Positions 13,647 through 26,733 of a stretch of 64,000 bases of DNA are shown here, in pieces; the stretch's first letter is position 1; every line of letters starts with the position of its first letter. The stretch lies in assembly GCA_951406725.2 (NCBI GenBank), contig OX597817.1, forward strand, positions 20,584,001 to 20,648,000. Reading direction: 5' to 3'. The notes under the pieces are model-generated. The model did no database searches and was not told the DNA's origin. It saw only the letters and a list, made by a program, of their open reading frames with translations. The position numbers and the translations under genes were made by a program. The DNA is from Octopus vulgaris (lineage: Eukaryota).

Positions 13647-13805
13647 ATCCCTTCCATGGGTCCTATTCTCGACTTTTTCAATAGTCTGTGTATGAGTTCT
13701 ACTCACGTGTCAAGTTTCATCGAAATCGATAAAACGATGTAGGAGGAGTTAGCTAAGAACTCCTCAAATACAGCCACAGACAGAATTTCCCACATATGTA
13801 CTAGA
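12893..13805 (-). mobile_element. Non-autonomous Helitron
   Basis: Minus strand starts A|TC at 13805 and continues with CTGTCTGTG...AACTCCTCC...CGATTTCGATGAAACTTG, typical of invertebrate non-autonomous Helitron 5' ends. It ends with a subterminal hairpin CCCGG/CCGGG (12905-12920) and ATAG|T (variant of CTAG). Inserted between A and T with no TSD. Confidence 0.72.
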
Positions 13806-14637
13806 TATGTTAAGGTCTATGATAAATTCTGAATACAGTTCTTGAAGTGTAAAAGTGAAATATTTAAACAATTATTTAAAAGAATAATGTTATGAATTGT
13901 TTTATGAAGATGTTAGTAATCTTTTGGGGTAACATGTACTTTGCTAGTGTGTAAGCGCTTTCGTTAACACCGACTGTGTATTTGGCGGTAGGATTCGATA
14001 TACTATAGAGGAGAATACTGTGTGAACGCGACGGGATTTAGAATAGCTGGAAGTCATGGATAGGTGAGATAAGTCACCTCTGGTCCAATATAGGCGAGAT
14101 AGACATCAATATTTCACCATTTGTGTTGCTTATCGACATCACGTATACAAACAGAATTGGAGATGGATACTTTTGTCAGTTAACGAGTTATATACATATA
14201 GCGTGCGTAATGTGTACAGGTATGCCCGGAAATATCGATGTTCATCAATCGTAATCGAGATTAATGGTGAGTTATTTCACCTCCCCATGACATTCAGGTG
14301 AGTTAGCAAGTGTCGCTGCGAGAGAATATTCTTCAGGCCGAATACTCGAGTCATCCTCGAAAAGAAATCAAATCATTCGAATGAGACATATGCAAATATC
14401 CTTTTAATCAATTTGTTGATGTACATCAAGTTGCACAATGATAGCGAATGCTTATTGAAATTTGAGATGTACGACTCGGATATGCTTGTGTAGATTGCTG
14501 GTTTACGTTTTGCCCTGTTCTCTAAGAGAATTTAGACAAGGTTGTAAATTGTTTTTCACAGTTATTTTTCTTCCGAGGTTTACTTCAGATGAAATAAGTT
14601 TCAGAAGGCTTTTATGGTGAAACTTCGTCAAAAAATG

Positions 14638-15350
14638 TTACTATAGGAAGGAATTTCACAAATTGTGTGTAGGCTTTAATAAATGTGCAATCACTTTCAG
14701 TTTTCAACATTATCAAGCACGCATTGTGGCTATTGTATATAGCAGAAGTTGTTTTAGTTAAAGTTGTTGATTCTTTTCCGGTGAGTTTCGGATTCAGAAA
14801 CCTTATAAAATAGTATTCTTTGCCTTTCGAAGTGGGTCATTTTCTTCTATTTATTTTATAAAATGGGAATATTGTGAATGTCCCTTGTGCAAATGTGTCT
14901 GAGTGGTTGTAGCACGGTATGCATCTAAGCGGAGGAGGTTTTATTTGGTGGCTTTGCATATTTACACGCTTGGTTATTTTTACTTTTGTTTCTCCAACAT
15001 AGTCTCCTTTGCATGTGATACAGTATATCAGAGTTTGGGTTTGCTGTTAATTTTGCATTTACCTTTAATTCATTCCCATTTTTGAATTTTTTGACTGATC
15101 CCTGTTCGATTAATTCTCATGTCCCACATCAAGGGTCTCCACACTTGGTTACTTCCATGATTAATTTCTCTAAAGTGAATCTCGACTTGGTTAGATGTGT
15201 CTAAACATTCAGTGGTTATCTTCGGTTGTTGATGATCTGTCACTCCTTAAGTATTTATCGGAGACTTGTGGTTTGTTGTAGAATTGGTAGGTGTTGTTTG
15301 GCTGATTGTAGAATGTTGTGGTTCCTGTGGTTGTAGAGGATAACAAATGG
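14638..15350 (-). pseudogene. Decayed Neptune-type PLE 3' part (linker, Zn motif, GIY-YIG endonuclease, 3' UTR)
   Basis: Minus-strand translation: PFVILYNHRNHNI...LPILQQ...IINNRR*PLNV*THLTKSRF...VTKCGDP*CGT*ELIEQG...LIYCITCKGDYVGETK...KRVNMQSHQI...FTIFPFYK / RKAKEYYFIRFLNPKL. The 3' terminus near 14641 resembles the termini of the fold-back elements. Confidence 0.88.
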
Positions 15351-15364
15351 CTTATTTTTATATG

Positions 15365-15690
15365 TATTCGCTTGTTTATCCTGAGTCAAATCGACACCAG
15401 TACATACTATTAATTCAGGTTCTTCTCTTTTGAAGAAAGGTTAAGTAACGGAACATAGACAAACCATCACCGGTGGCCAAGCAGTGGATGCAAAAATACA
15501 AAGATACACGCACACGCGTTTGCTTGCACGTACAAATCCGCACGTTCACACACATATATAAATGATAAATTTCCACAAGATTTTGGTCCATTAAATTAAT
15601 TTACAATCATTGATCAGCAGGAAGCAATTGTAATGATACTTGATCCGACTTGGCGCGCAGTGGGACTGAACCTGTAAAAGCATTTCTTGG
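15365..15690 (-). mobile_element. SINE family A, old diverged copy
   Basis: Residual GAGTCAAATCGACACCAGTAC, TAAGTAACGG and GCAGTGGGACTGAACC (B box) in the family A order. Confidence 0.55.
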
Positions 15691-15769
15691 AAGTTAGGAT
15701 GGACACATTCATTAAAGCCTACGTACTTTGTGAAACTCTTTCGTAAAGGGTGACATGTTGAAAGTATCG

Positions 15770-15910
15770 ATCCCAGTGTTGAATTATTATTTACTTCAAG
15801 GACTCCGAAAGGATGAAAGGAAAATTTGAAATTTGAAATCAGAACATAACGGCGGGCAAGTTGCCACTAAGCATTTTGTGCAGCAAGCTAAAGATTCAGT
15901 ACTTCTGCTA
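15770..15910 (-). mobile_element. SINE family B, diverged
   Basis: GACTCCGAAAGGATGAAAGG...ATTTGAAATCAGAAC...CTAAGCATTTTG...GCTAAAGATTC. Confidence 0.7.
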
Positions 15911-15937
15911 CTACTATTATTGACACTATTAAATGTA

Positions 15938-16008
<71 letters not shown>

Positions 16009-16015
16009 GTTGTTG

Positions 16016-16054
<39 letters not shown>

Positions 16055-16072
16055 GTAGTAGTAGTAGTAGTA
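15938..16072. repeat. (TTA)n/(TAG)n microsatellite
   Basis: Direct reading. Confidence 0.97.
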
Positions 16073-16160
16073 TTGAGTGAGAGAGCAGTGCATGCCATCA
16101 AAGTGACACTGGGGTAAAATATACGAAGCCCAGTATACCATCATGACTACCCGTCTGATA
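16072..16160 (-). mobile_element. Probable 3' end of a non-LTR retrotransposon with a (TAA/TAC)n tail
   Basis: GC-richer segment ending ...GATGGCATGCACTGCTCTCTCACTCAA directly against the triplet tail on the minus strand. Family not assignable from sequence alone. Confidence 0.5.
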
Positions 16161-16429
16161 CCAGTCTACTCTCTAAAAACATTTATTTGGCTTCTTCAAC
16201 TTAGAGTAATATAAGAAAAACCATTAAATTGGAGAAAAAAAAAATTAAGTGAAATGTTTTGTAGATATTTTCATAGTCTTTGAATAGTTAAATATTTCCC
16301 TAGTTTTCAGGTAGTCTGTCTCCTTCTCTCTATTCGTTTGTGAATGCCTGGTAAGTGGGTTGGTAGCTAGTAGTAAATTTGAAGAAATAGCTAGGGTACA
16401 GAGTATTGAATGGTTTATGCAGGAGCAGC

Positions 16430-16610
16430 CGAAGAAGGAGAAAACGTAGGAGAAGTAGAAGAAGTAGAAGAAGAAGAAGTGGAAGAAGAAGAAGAAGAAG
16501 AAGAAGAAGAAGAAGAAGAAGAAGAAGCAGAAAAGAAGAAAGAGTAGGAGGAGAACTAGGAGTAGAGACTGAAGAGGGAGACGGAGATAGAAAAAGAAAA
16601 GAAAAATACA
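16430..16610. repeat. (GAA)n purine-rich repeat
   Basis: Direct reading; source of the Arg-rich pseudo-ORF. Confidence 0.95.
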
Positions 16611-16744
16611 GGAGTGCTGTGTCACAGTAAATTGTTCGTAGAATCTTCTTTAATGGCCAAATGACCTAAAAGTGACCTGTTATGGTCGTAGCAGTAGAGG
16701 TTAGAAATGTTCTAAATTCTTGTTGTAGTTCTATCTGTGGTAGT

Positions 16745-17411
16745 ACAATTTCAAAAGAGGTTTATAATTTTGCGATAAAGTATGCTTGTTTGCTGATGGT
16801 CTGACTATAAGTTGCCTTGTCCTTGAATTTATAGAGGGGAAATATTCTGAAGTTGAGTTGTTCGTCAGTGGCGCAAATATCAATGTGCTTGCTTAATCCT
16901 ATTTTACTGCATTCCCGTATTTTAATCTAGGTTTTATGTACCGTCATCCCCTGAGGTAAACTGATTTTAGTTTCACAATACATTGTTCTTGACACCCTGA
17001 GCCATTTAATACATATATTAGGTTTTTTCCGAAGCACATGTGGAATTGTATTTTACTGTAAAACGCTGACACTGTTTGAAAAAGAATTCTGATCCCTGAG
17101 TTAGGTTGACCTGTATACCACATTTAGATCTGTATTTTTTACTGTTGGTTTCTATGTTGTTGACAAGTGTAATCGGGCTTGTGTTGCAATACTTTTCATT
17201 GACTTGGGTTGTCTTTTGCTCTTTATCATGACGTGTGTTTGGAGGATTTTATCGACTGTGTGGTCCCTTTTTAGTAAATGGATGTTCAGGAGGATGCTGT
17301 CGAAGGCCTCATCGTTTGGGATTTCTGCGTGGATATGTATGGTAAAAGTTTTTGTTGTAAGTCCTTTACTTTGGGATGTTTGAGTTCGTTGATGTTGAGT
17401 TGTAGGGCACG

Positions 17412-17412
<1 letters not shown>
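16745..17412 (-). pseudogene. Second decayed Neptune-type PLE (linker plus GIY-YIG endonuclease)
   Basis: Minus-strand translation with frameshifts: LLPYIST...IKSKRQPKSMK...KCGI...QGSEFFF...TCASE / NLIYVLNGSGCQEQCI / ETK...MTVHKT*I...LSKHIDICA...FRIFP / LYKF...KQAYFIAK. Confidence 0.87.

Positions 17413-17493
<81 letters not shown>
17413..17493. repeat. (TTA)n microsatellite
   Basis: Direct reading. Confidence 0.97.
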
Positions 17494-17496
<3 letters not shown>

Positions 17497-17603
17497 GTTT
17501 GACTTTTGCTTTATATTTGTACATGTTGGCACCAAGTCTCACACAGAGACCTCAAGAGGCAACAGGTAGGAAGTTCGTATTGTTGTTATGCCTAGTGTGC
17601 CAT
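17494..17603 (-). mobile_element. Probable 3' UTR of an R4/Dong-type LINE embedded in triplet repeats
   Basis: 110-bp unique island ending AAAGCAAAAGTCAAACATA followed by (TAA)n on the minus strand, with triplet arrays on both sides. Dong elements are known to target (TAA)n; the family assignment is inference. Confidence 0.45.
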
Positions 17604-18186
17604 ATCATCATCATCATCATCATCATCATCATTATCATCATCATTATCATCATCATCATCATCATCATTATCATCATCATCATCATCATCATTATCATCA
17701 TCATCATTATCATCATCATTATCGTTATCATCATTATCATCATCATTATCATCATTATCATCATCATTATCATCATCATTATCATCATCATTATCATCAT
17801 CATTATCATCACCATTATTATCATCATCATTATAATCATCATCATTAGCATCATCATCATTATCATCATTATCATTATCATCATTATCATCATCATTATC
17901 ATCATTATCCTCATCATTATCATCATCATTATCATCATCATTATCGTTATCATCATTATCATCATCATTATCATCATTATCATCATCATTATCATCATCA
18001 TTATCATCATCATTATCATCATCATTATCATCACCATTATTATCATCATCATTATAATCATCATCATTAGCATCATCATCATTATCATCATTATCATTAT
18101 CATCATTATCATCATCATTATCATCATTATCCTCATCATTATCATCATCATTATCATCATCATTATTATCATCATTATTATTATCA
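17603..18186. repeat. (CAT/TAT)n array with a 222-bp higher-order duplication
   Basis: Rare variants recur exactly 222 bp apart: CGTT at 17723/17945, ACCATT at 17811/18033, and also TAGC and TCCTC. Confidence 0.92.
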
Positions 18187-20709
18187 AGAGGTAAAATAGG
18201 AGAGAATTATTGCGTGCCTCTTTATAAAATGTTTGTTACATGCTTACACGAAATTATTCTGAAAGTAACTTTTGAAATTAACTCATAGATATATTACTAA
18301 ATATAGGAACAGTAACTTACTGCATTTGTCTCAGTATTAAATTTTACGAATATTGATGACATGCAGATATTCAAAAATCAAATGCTCTCAATACGATTGA
18401 TATAAAACAGGGTAGTCAAAATAACATCGTAAAAGTTATTGACCTATCATTCCTATTACACAATACAATATGTTTTAGTTCTATTAAGATATAGTTTCTA
18501 GGTTGAACTTAAACATTTCTAGAGATTTATTCCCCAGAGAGGGTCCATAGTTCAACAAAGTAAATTATTTTTATTAGCACAAGTTATGTGCGACCATCAA
18601 CATGGATGGTATATCTGTGTTAATATAGGCCTACACAAGTTTCCTTAGAAAGAGATAAGCTTCAAAGCTTAACTTCTTTTGGCGGAGAAAGAGTGCTTTT
18701 TATTGCAGAATATCTTCGAAAATGGTAAACAACTAATTGTTTATTAAAATATGTCCAGCCTTCTTCTTACATGATAGTATTTAATATATATTTAAAAGAA
18801 AACCAGATAGAATATGCCATTATGTTTACCATAGGAAGGGTCACATATAGCTGAGAGCCATTATGGAAACTGACAAAATGGCGCACATTAGAAATAGTGT
18901 TAATAAAGAATTTATCAACTTTTGAACGCATATAACTGCAAAATTGCTGGGAAATTACGACAGTTTAATCAGTGCAATAATAGTTAAAATTATCATCTTC
19001 CTCGGTATATGAAGCTCAAACCAGATTGTGCCTTACTTGAGCTGAAAACCTATACAGGTATGTTATACGTCTGACCCTTTACATTGCCGGTCATGCAATT
19101 CAATATCGTAAACACCCTAATGAAATTTTTGATAATTTTAATTGATAAGTTTATGCAATATTTTTATTTTTGGTTAGCGAGTTAGAAATAAGCAGTGAAC
19201 TTTGGGATCATTGATCTCGACATCTTTGAAAACCTAACTGAAAATTGACGCAACTAAATACCATTTTATCTATAACTCTACAATTTCGGGATCACAACAC
19301 CAAACATGAAATTAAACATAATATTGATTTCGAAACATAGTAGAATGCTTTAGACAACTTTAGATATTTCTTCGATCACACTTTAAAATAGAAATTTAAA
19401 TTTAAACAAATGTTATGATGGTCTCTGTTTTATTATACTCAGAGTGCTTTTTAATGGAAAGGAAAAAATGCTACCATAAAGACAGCAAGGAACTTTTATC
19501 TAAGATCAAACTGCCCTTTTGAGACAATGAATGAGCTGCTGCTTTTGTGTATTGTCGTTGTCACAGATTTGCTAGTACCCGTTCTGTTATGTGTGTCTGT
19601 CATCCTCAAATCCTCTCTCCCCTACCACCGCTAAAATATCGACTCCTTCAACTGTCGTCTCTATTGCACCGGTCGTCTACTCTTGCGATAGAAAACAATG
19701 AATTTATTCTTCCTGCATAACAGTATAAGCGCTCGCCCTTTTATCATGCAACTTTACTGCCATAGTTTTTGTTTCAGTGCATATAATAGAGGTAGTATTT
19801 ACAATATTTCCGTGGTTTTGAGTTGTCATAGGGAGATAGAAATGCATGCTGACTCATCTAGCTACCTACAGTGTTTTATCGATTCTTCACTTACCACACG
19901 TGTAATATAGATTTACAAATCTGAAAGATCAGGGTTGATACCAAACTAATGTCCCCACAAATTTGCCCCATAATTTGATGCAGGAATCGATAAATAAATG
20001 TATCGTATATAATTTCCACTTACCATTCTGTCTCGGTCTTGAAAAGCAGGTTGAAATTCCCTTTTGATTTACTTTGGTTAATGGTTGTAACGGTGACTGA
20101 AATCCCTTATAACAATAATTATTTGAAGGTATACAAGTATCACTCCACATGTAGGTAGGGGTATTTTTTGTACTATGCTTTCAAATATGTTTCTCTGGAA
20201 AGGTGAAATCGTAACACAGCGTTGCAACAGTTCCTTCCGTGTCTCGGTTCTTCTCAAACATGGAGGAGCAATAACAATTCCCTACCATATATTTTGTCTT
20301 TTTTGCGTAAGGTTTGTATGTTTGCCGACGTACTTCATCTCAATTTCACATTGTTTACATCGACGTCGTAATATAAGTAATCCATTACTTATATTGTGAT
20401 ACCAACACATCTATATGTTTGTGCGATTTTGTTTGTGTGTGTTTTTATTATGTTTACTTAAGTTTACGGTTATATGAATACTTTGATTAGTTTACAAAAA
20501 ATGCATACTTCTTGTTTTCATTTGTAATTTGTGCAAATTGTCTCAAAGTACGACGAATGACACGTTATTAAATGTAAAGAAATATACAATTCAGGGAATG
20601 AAAGTAATGATTCTACATATCCAAGCAGTGTGTTTTGTCTACTTCAGATATTGAGGAGAGATATTTTCTCATAAATATTCCATATTGGCATCTGTTGCCA
20701 ACTAACTCA

Positions 20710-20893
20710 TTCCTTTCTACTATAAGTACAAGGCCTGAAATTTTGTAGAAGAAGTTTAGCGGATTATATTACCGCAGTGATCAACTGGTACTTAGTTTAC
20801 CGTTCCCGGAATGTAAACTCAGAACGTAAACCAAACAAAATCCCGCTAAGCCTTTTGGTCCAGTGTGCTAACGATTCTGTCAGATCGCTGCCA
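20710..20893 (-). mobile_element. SINE family B, internally deleted
   Basis: CCTTTCTACTATAAGTACAAGGCCTGAAATTTTG...ACTGGTACTTA...AACTCAGAACGTAAA...GCTAACGATTCTGTCAGATCGCTGCC. Confidence 0.75.
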
Positions 20894-20896
20894 GGT

Positions 20897-20909
20897 ATAA
20901 TAATAATAA

Positions 20910-20941
<32 letters not shown>

Positions 20942-20998
20942 ATGATGATGATGATGATGATAATGATGATGATGATAGTAATAATAGTAATGATAATG

Positions 20999-21042
<44 letters not shown>

Positions 21043-21052
21043 GATAACAATG

Positions 21053-21103
<51 letters not shown>

Positions 21104-21197
21104 TAATAATAATAATAATAATAATGATGATGAATAATAATAGTAATGATGATGATGATGATGATAATAATGATAATAATAATAATAATAACAACAA

Positions 21198-21281
<84 letters not shown>

Positions 21282-21290
21282 TAAATAATA
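20897..21290. repeat. (TAA/TGA)n microsatellite
   Basis: Direct reading. Confidence 0.97.
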
Positions 21291-21870
21291 AAGAGTGAAA
21301 AAGCAATAAAGTATGCAAATGGAAAACAGCATCGGAATCACCTAAGGTAACTTCGCAATACAGAAACGAATAAATAGCAAATGCAAGCGATTGCACAAAA
21401 CGATAATATTCAAAGACGTATATAAAAGGAAAGATATTCTGGGTATGAAAGGCGTTGTAATAATCGTTTTAAAAATCGTTGCGAACAAAATATGTTTTCA
21501 AAAACGTGTTCTGTTCAGTCATAACAATAAGTTATATGAAACTATTTCCACAACATTATAGAGGCACATAAAGTGATAACACTGTGTGACTCATGAATAA
21601 CAGAAAGTAAAATAATATGAAAGTATAAGTAATAAGAATGCCTGAAGATAATCGAAACACATACGAGATTATTAAGGAATGAGTGGCAAAATACAGTAAC
21701 GGTTCAATCACAATAAATCTATCTGGAAATTATTGTATGAATTGAAGCCTGTTAAAAATTTATGGACTACTGATCAATAATTGGTTTATAAACAATATTC
21801 GTCGTCTTAATTCTATGTGCGTGAAAGCGAGATTTACAAGCCATGAAGATTTAGCACTTTTCGTTTTTTT

Positions 21871-22268
21871 CTTTTACTAGTTTCAGTCATTTGACTGCGG
21901 CCATGCTGGAGCACCGCCTTTAGTCGAGCAAATTGACCCCGGGACTTATTCTTTGTAAGCCCAGTACTTATTCTATCGGTCTCTTTTTGCCGAACCGCTA
22001 AGTGACGGGGACGTAAACACAACAGCATCGGTTGTCAAGCAATGCTAGGGGGACAAACACAGACACACAAACATACACACATACATATATATATATACAT
22101 ATATACGACAGGCTTCTTTCAGTTTCCGTCTACCAAATCCACTCACAAGGCATTGGTCGGCCCGAGGCTATAGTAGAAGACACTTGCCCAAGATGCCACG
22201 CAGAGGGACTGAACCCGGTACCATGTCGTTGGTTAGCAAGCTACTTACCACACAGCCACTCCTGCGCC
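21871..22268 (-). mobile_element. SINE family A, full length
   Basis: tRNA-like head with A/B boxes at the 22268 end, internal (TA/TG)n, and a GTAAAAG-type tail; about 400 bp. Confidence 0.93.
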
Positions 22269-22442
22269 TACCACAAGAAAATAAATATTTCACTAAGGAA
22301 AAATAAGAAAAGAATACATCTAGCGTGTATATATAAGGTATACTAGTCAAGGAATCGTAGCAAGTACTATCTGTCAGTGAAGCATATTATAATGCGTTTT
22401 GACTCTGAGGTGCAGATAAACAACCTGGAATGTGTTTGTGTG

Positions 22443-22487
<45 letters not shown>

Positions 22488-22512
22488 CTATATCTATATC
22501 TATCTATCTATA

Positions 22513-22551
<39 letters not shown>

Positions 22552-22552
<1 letters not shown>

Positions 22553-22731
22553 GTTGGCGATTTTTTTCCTCTGTCTTCCCTTCTCGGGATCTTTCCTTCT
22601 CCTATGTTTCCGACGAAGAGCTCCGCTCGAAACGTTAAACCCTCCTTCTTCCCTTCTTTCCTGAGCGTCCAATAATATTATATTTGTTTCACGTCCTCGC
22701 GTTGTGCTGTTTTGTGTTTTCTTGTTTGGAT

Positions 22732-22735
<4 letters not shown>
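22552..22735 (+). mobile_element. PLE pLTR-like remnant with a minimal hammerhead variant, between (TCTA)n and (TA)n
   Basis: 22606-22640: GTTT-CCGACGA-A-GAGC(TCC)GCTC-GAAAC-GTT-AAAC, with palindromic AACGTT in place of stem III and U4 changed to C. Second copy at 46357-46548. Confidence 0.72.
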
Positions 22736-22791
<56 letters not shown>

Positions 22792-24111
22792 TATATAAAC
22801 ATGTGTGCGGAAGAATCTACGTATGTATGAGACTGTCATATCAAAAGCTTGCTTTTGCAAGTAATAGAGATAAATTGGGTTGGGGGAATGGGGAATGATT
22901 TCAAAATTAATATACTACCTAACATTAGTAGACGTTTATTAAATCCTGATAACACAAAACAAAAATATGTAGAGTAAAATTGATAATCATAAACCACGAA
23001 CAAGCAGAGACCGAAATAAATCAACTCATGTATTCGACAGTTACAATATTTACAAAATATGGGAACGTTTCCAAAATAGAAAACGAAAGAATTAAAACAA
23101 TTACCGCGAAGGTAAATTATTAGACGAGATGTGATTGAACGAGAGAATAAGAAATACCAAACGAAATACACACAGAAACTGAATAATGTATTTATCCAAG
23201 CTATACCCAAAAATGTCATCGTTTTATAAACGATGTTGGTTCTTTGGATATAGCAAATAATTCGATCCTAACTAAAAATGGGTTCCAAAATTGGGTACAA
23301 TTAATTATAAATAAAAGCAGAGTCAACATCAATTGCATAGCAAATAGATTGCCATGGACTGGAATCTTTGAAGGAGCAAATACAGTATTTGAACAACTGA
23401 GAATAGTTCTGACAATTTAAGAGTTAGGTAATAAACAAAACCAAAATAATTGCAAAGCACTAGGAATCATGGATTCCTAATTATATGAGTAAATTGAATC
23501 CCTTATGTAGTGCTTGCCTGACGGCATTAATTATGAATTGGCTGGGAGCACTTGAAGCGGTAGAGAATTTATCAAAGAAACAGGTATATTATTTCCCACA
23601 AATGAAAGACATCTGAAGCCGAAGGCACATTAAAACTATTAGATGTGCAGCCACGATATACAAAGCCTTGAGTACAATAATATCAATATGGATGGAAAAA
23701 ATCCAGATTGCATTTGCAAGTAATAATGATAAAGTTGGCGGGGAATGGGGAAAGATTTAAAAATTAATACAATACCTGTCTAGCAATGGGAGAGGTTCAT
23801 TAAATTCCTGCTAACACAGAACAAAGATAGGTATAGTAAAACTGATAATCATAAACAACGAGTAAACAGAGGCCAACATAAATCCACCATATATTCAACA
23901 GTTGCATTATTCACAAACAATAGGAACTATAGAACAACAATAACAAAAATATTTAGTTCGTTTTTAAACCATGAAGGAGCGAAAAAGTACATAGTCTAGA
24001 CATCGCCCATATATGTAGAAAACGCCATGCAATTGAATACTTCATGTTGGTATATGTATGGTGATACTGTAAGAAGATCACAAGTGATGTTAAAGAGGTC
24101 TGTGCTTGTGA

Positions 24112-24483
24112 CGTGGCACTCCTTTGCTTTCGACGACGAGGGTTCCAGGTGATCTGATCAACGGAACAGCTTGCTCGTGAAATTAACGTGTAAGTGACTG
24201 AGGACTCCACAAACACGTGTACCCTTAACGTAGTTCTCGGGGAGATTCGGCGTGACACAGTGTGTGACAAGGCTGGCCCTTTGAAACACAGGTATAATAG
24301 AAACAGGAAGAAAGAGTGAAAGTTGTGGTGAAAGAATTCAGCAGGGTTCGCCATCACCACCCTGTCTCGTGGGGATATAGGCGTTTCGCTCAATAAACAC
24401 TCACAACGTCCGATTTGGGAATTGAAACCACAATCCTATGACCGCGAGTCCGCTGCCCTAACCACTACTTCACTGCGCCTCCA
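24112..24483 (-). mobile_element. tRNA-derived SINE, family C, full length with a 12-bp TSD
   Basis: Minus strand TGGAGGCGCAGTGAAGTAGTGGTTAGGGCAGCGGACTCGCGGTC...GGTTTCAATTCC. TSD CTGTGCTTGTGA at 24100-24111 and 24484-24495. Confidence 0.9.
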
Positions 24484-25251
24484 CTGTGCTTGTGAGATCT
24501 TTAGAACACTAAAGAAAAAATCTAATTGAGATACACAACTCACAGAGAATACGAGAAAACATATGTGCATTAAACGTAGTGCATCATTTTAGACGCAACA
24601 GATACACAGTAAAAGAGATACACTGATGTCACGCGTAGAACGCCATCAATACAGCAACGTCTAAGTTACAATGATAGTGGTTTTAGAAATCTAGGCTTAG
24701 GATACCAGATTTTTAAAGAGGCTGAATAGCATGTGATACCGAGGCCAATATATTTGTTTAATACCTTTTATTTATTATCGTGGTATGAAATACAAAGAGA
24801 ATAAAAGGGAACATATTTCATACTATAGTCTATCCAGTGTGTTATACAACAAATGATAATGAAGGAAACATGACATAAATTATAGAAAAAATATATAAGA
24901 AAACATTGGGAATGCTACTCACCTGATTTTTCATTTTATGACCCATGAAAAGATAAAAGAATATATGTCACCTTTGCAAATTTTCTATTCAGAAAGCAAA
25001 TTAAACAGAGGTTCTAGCCTGTCACGTTTATCATATTTGAGAAAGTCACTGCCATCATATTAAAGGTTAATAACATAAAATGAAGATCTGAAATTAGGTC
25101 AAGGAGGAAAGTCGACTCCATTGATTCACTCATTGTTAACTTCTTTGATTTACACTGGTTAGATGAAAGGAAAAAGTTGACCGCGGTAGATTTTGAGTTC
25201 AGAGAGTAGATTACTATAACTAAATATAAAATCGGGATATTGTCCAACGTT

Positions 25252-25660
25252 CGCAGGAGTGGCTGTGTCGTAAGTAGCTTGTTTACCAACCACATGGTTC
25301 CGGTTTCGGTCCCACTGCGTGGCACCTTGGACAAGTGTCTTCTACTATAGCCTCGGGCCGACCAAAGCCTTGTGAGTGGATTTGGTGGACGGAAACTGAA
25401 AGAAGCTCGTCGTATATATGTATATATATATGTGTGCGTGTATGTTTGTGTTTGTCCCCCTAGCATTGCCTGACAACCGATGCTGGTGTGTTTATGTCCC
25501 CGTCACTTAGCAGTTCGGCAAAAGAGACCGATAGAATAAGTACTGGGCTTACAAAGAATAAGTCCCGGGGTCGAGTTGCTCGATTAAAGGCGGTGCTCCA
25601 GCATGGCCGCAGTCAAATGACTGAAACAAGTAAAAGAGTAAAGAGAAAGTAAAGAGAGTA
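25252..25660 (+). mobile_element. SINE family A, full length
   Basis: CGCAGGAGTGGCTGTGTCGTAAG...GGTTTCGGTCCC...CCTTGGACAAGTGTC, with tail AAGTAAAAGAGTAAAGAGAAAGTAAAGAGAGTA. Confidence 0.93.
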
Positions 25661-26398
25661 TCCCAACCACGTGCTTCATTGGTACTAACTGTTTGGAACA
25701 ATTTATCTAAAGAACAACAATAATATAAATATTTTGTACGTTTTTACAAATACGAACGAGCGAAAAAGTCAATAGACTATGCAACATCGAGATATGTACA
25801 TAACACCATGCAATTAAATACATCATGTCGGAATATGTATGGGCATGGTGCAGCTAACTGAATGCATGATATTCTTCATAAAGCAGACGGCCAGTTGATT
25901 AAAAACAAATTTGTGTAACACATTATAGAGTTTCGAAAATTGGAGTGAATACCGGAACTGAAGACCATGAATACCGTTTGCAAAATGTAGGTTCTCGCTT
26001 ATATATAAATCACCAGGTGAAGTGAATGAGTTGGTTCATTCATAAATAGTTGCTACCAAATTCCATATGCATTTGAGAGAAGTACATTTTGCACCTCTAT
26101 TGTACACTGCTTCAAATGTTACTCGAAGTATACATTAGCATTTACTGGAGGGATGTCTTTGTGAAATCATCTAGCGCGATTTTATATTACCCAAGGAATA
26201 AATGTGCCATTGTGATACAGGAAAACAAACAAAACAGATATAAAAATAATATACAAAATTATGTGAATACAAAACTTCTAGTTATTATTGATATGAATCT
26301 AAATTGACAATTAAGTTTGAACGTACTTTTCTCTGAATTTCTCTGAATTTCTCTTTCTCTCTTTCAACATCTCTTCCTAGTATATTATTGCATATGAT

Positions 26399-26733
<335 letters not shown>

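Noticed and set aside
13930-14520. GC-elevated segment as a possible PLE RT or host exon
   Set aside because: No recognisable motif or sustained reading frame was found by eye; left unassigned.
21641-21660. CTGAAGA-TAATC-GAAAC, and other lone CTGATGA hits at 3541, 12446 and 33488
   Set aside because: No stem II or stem I complementarity, or no GAAA at the right place; expected by chance.
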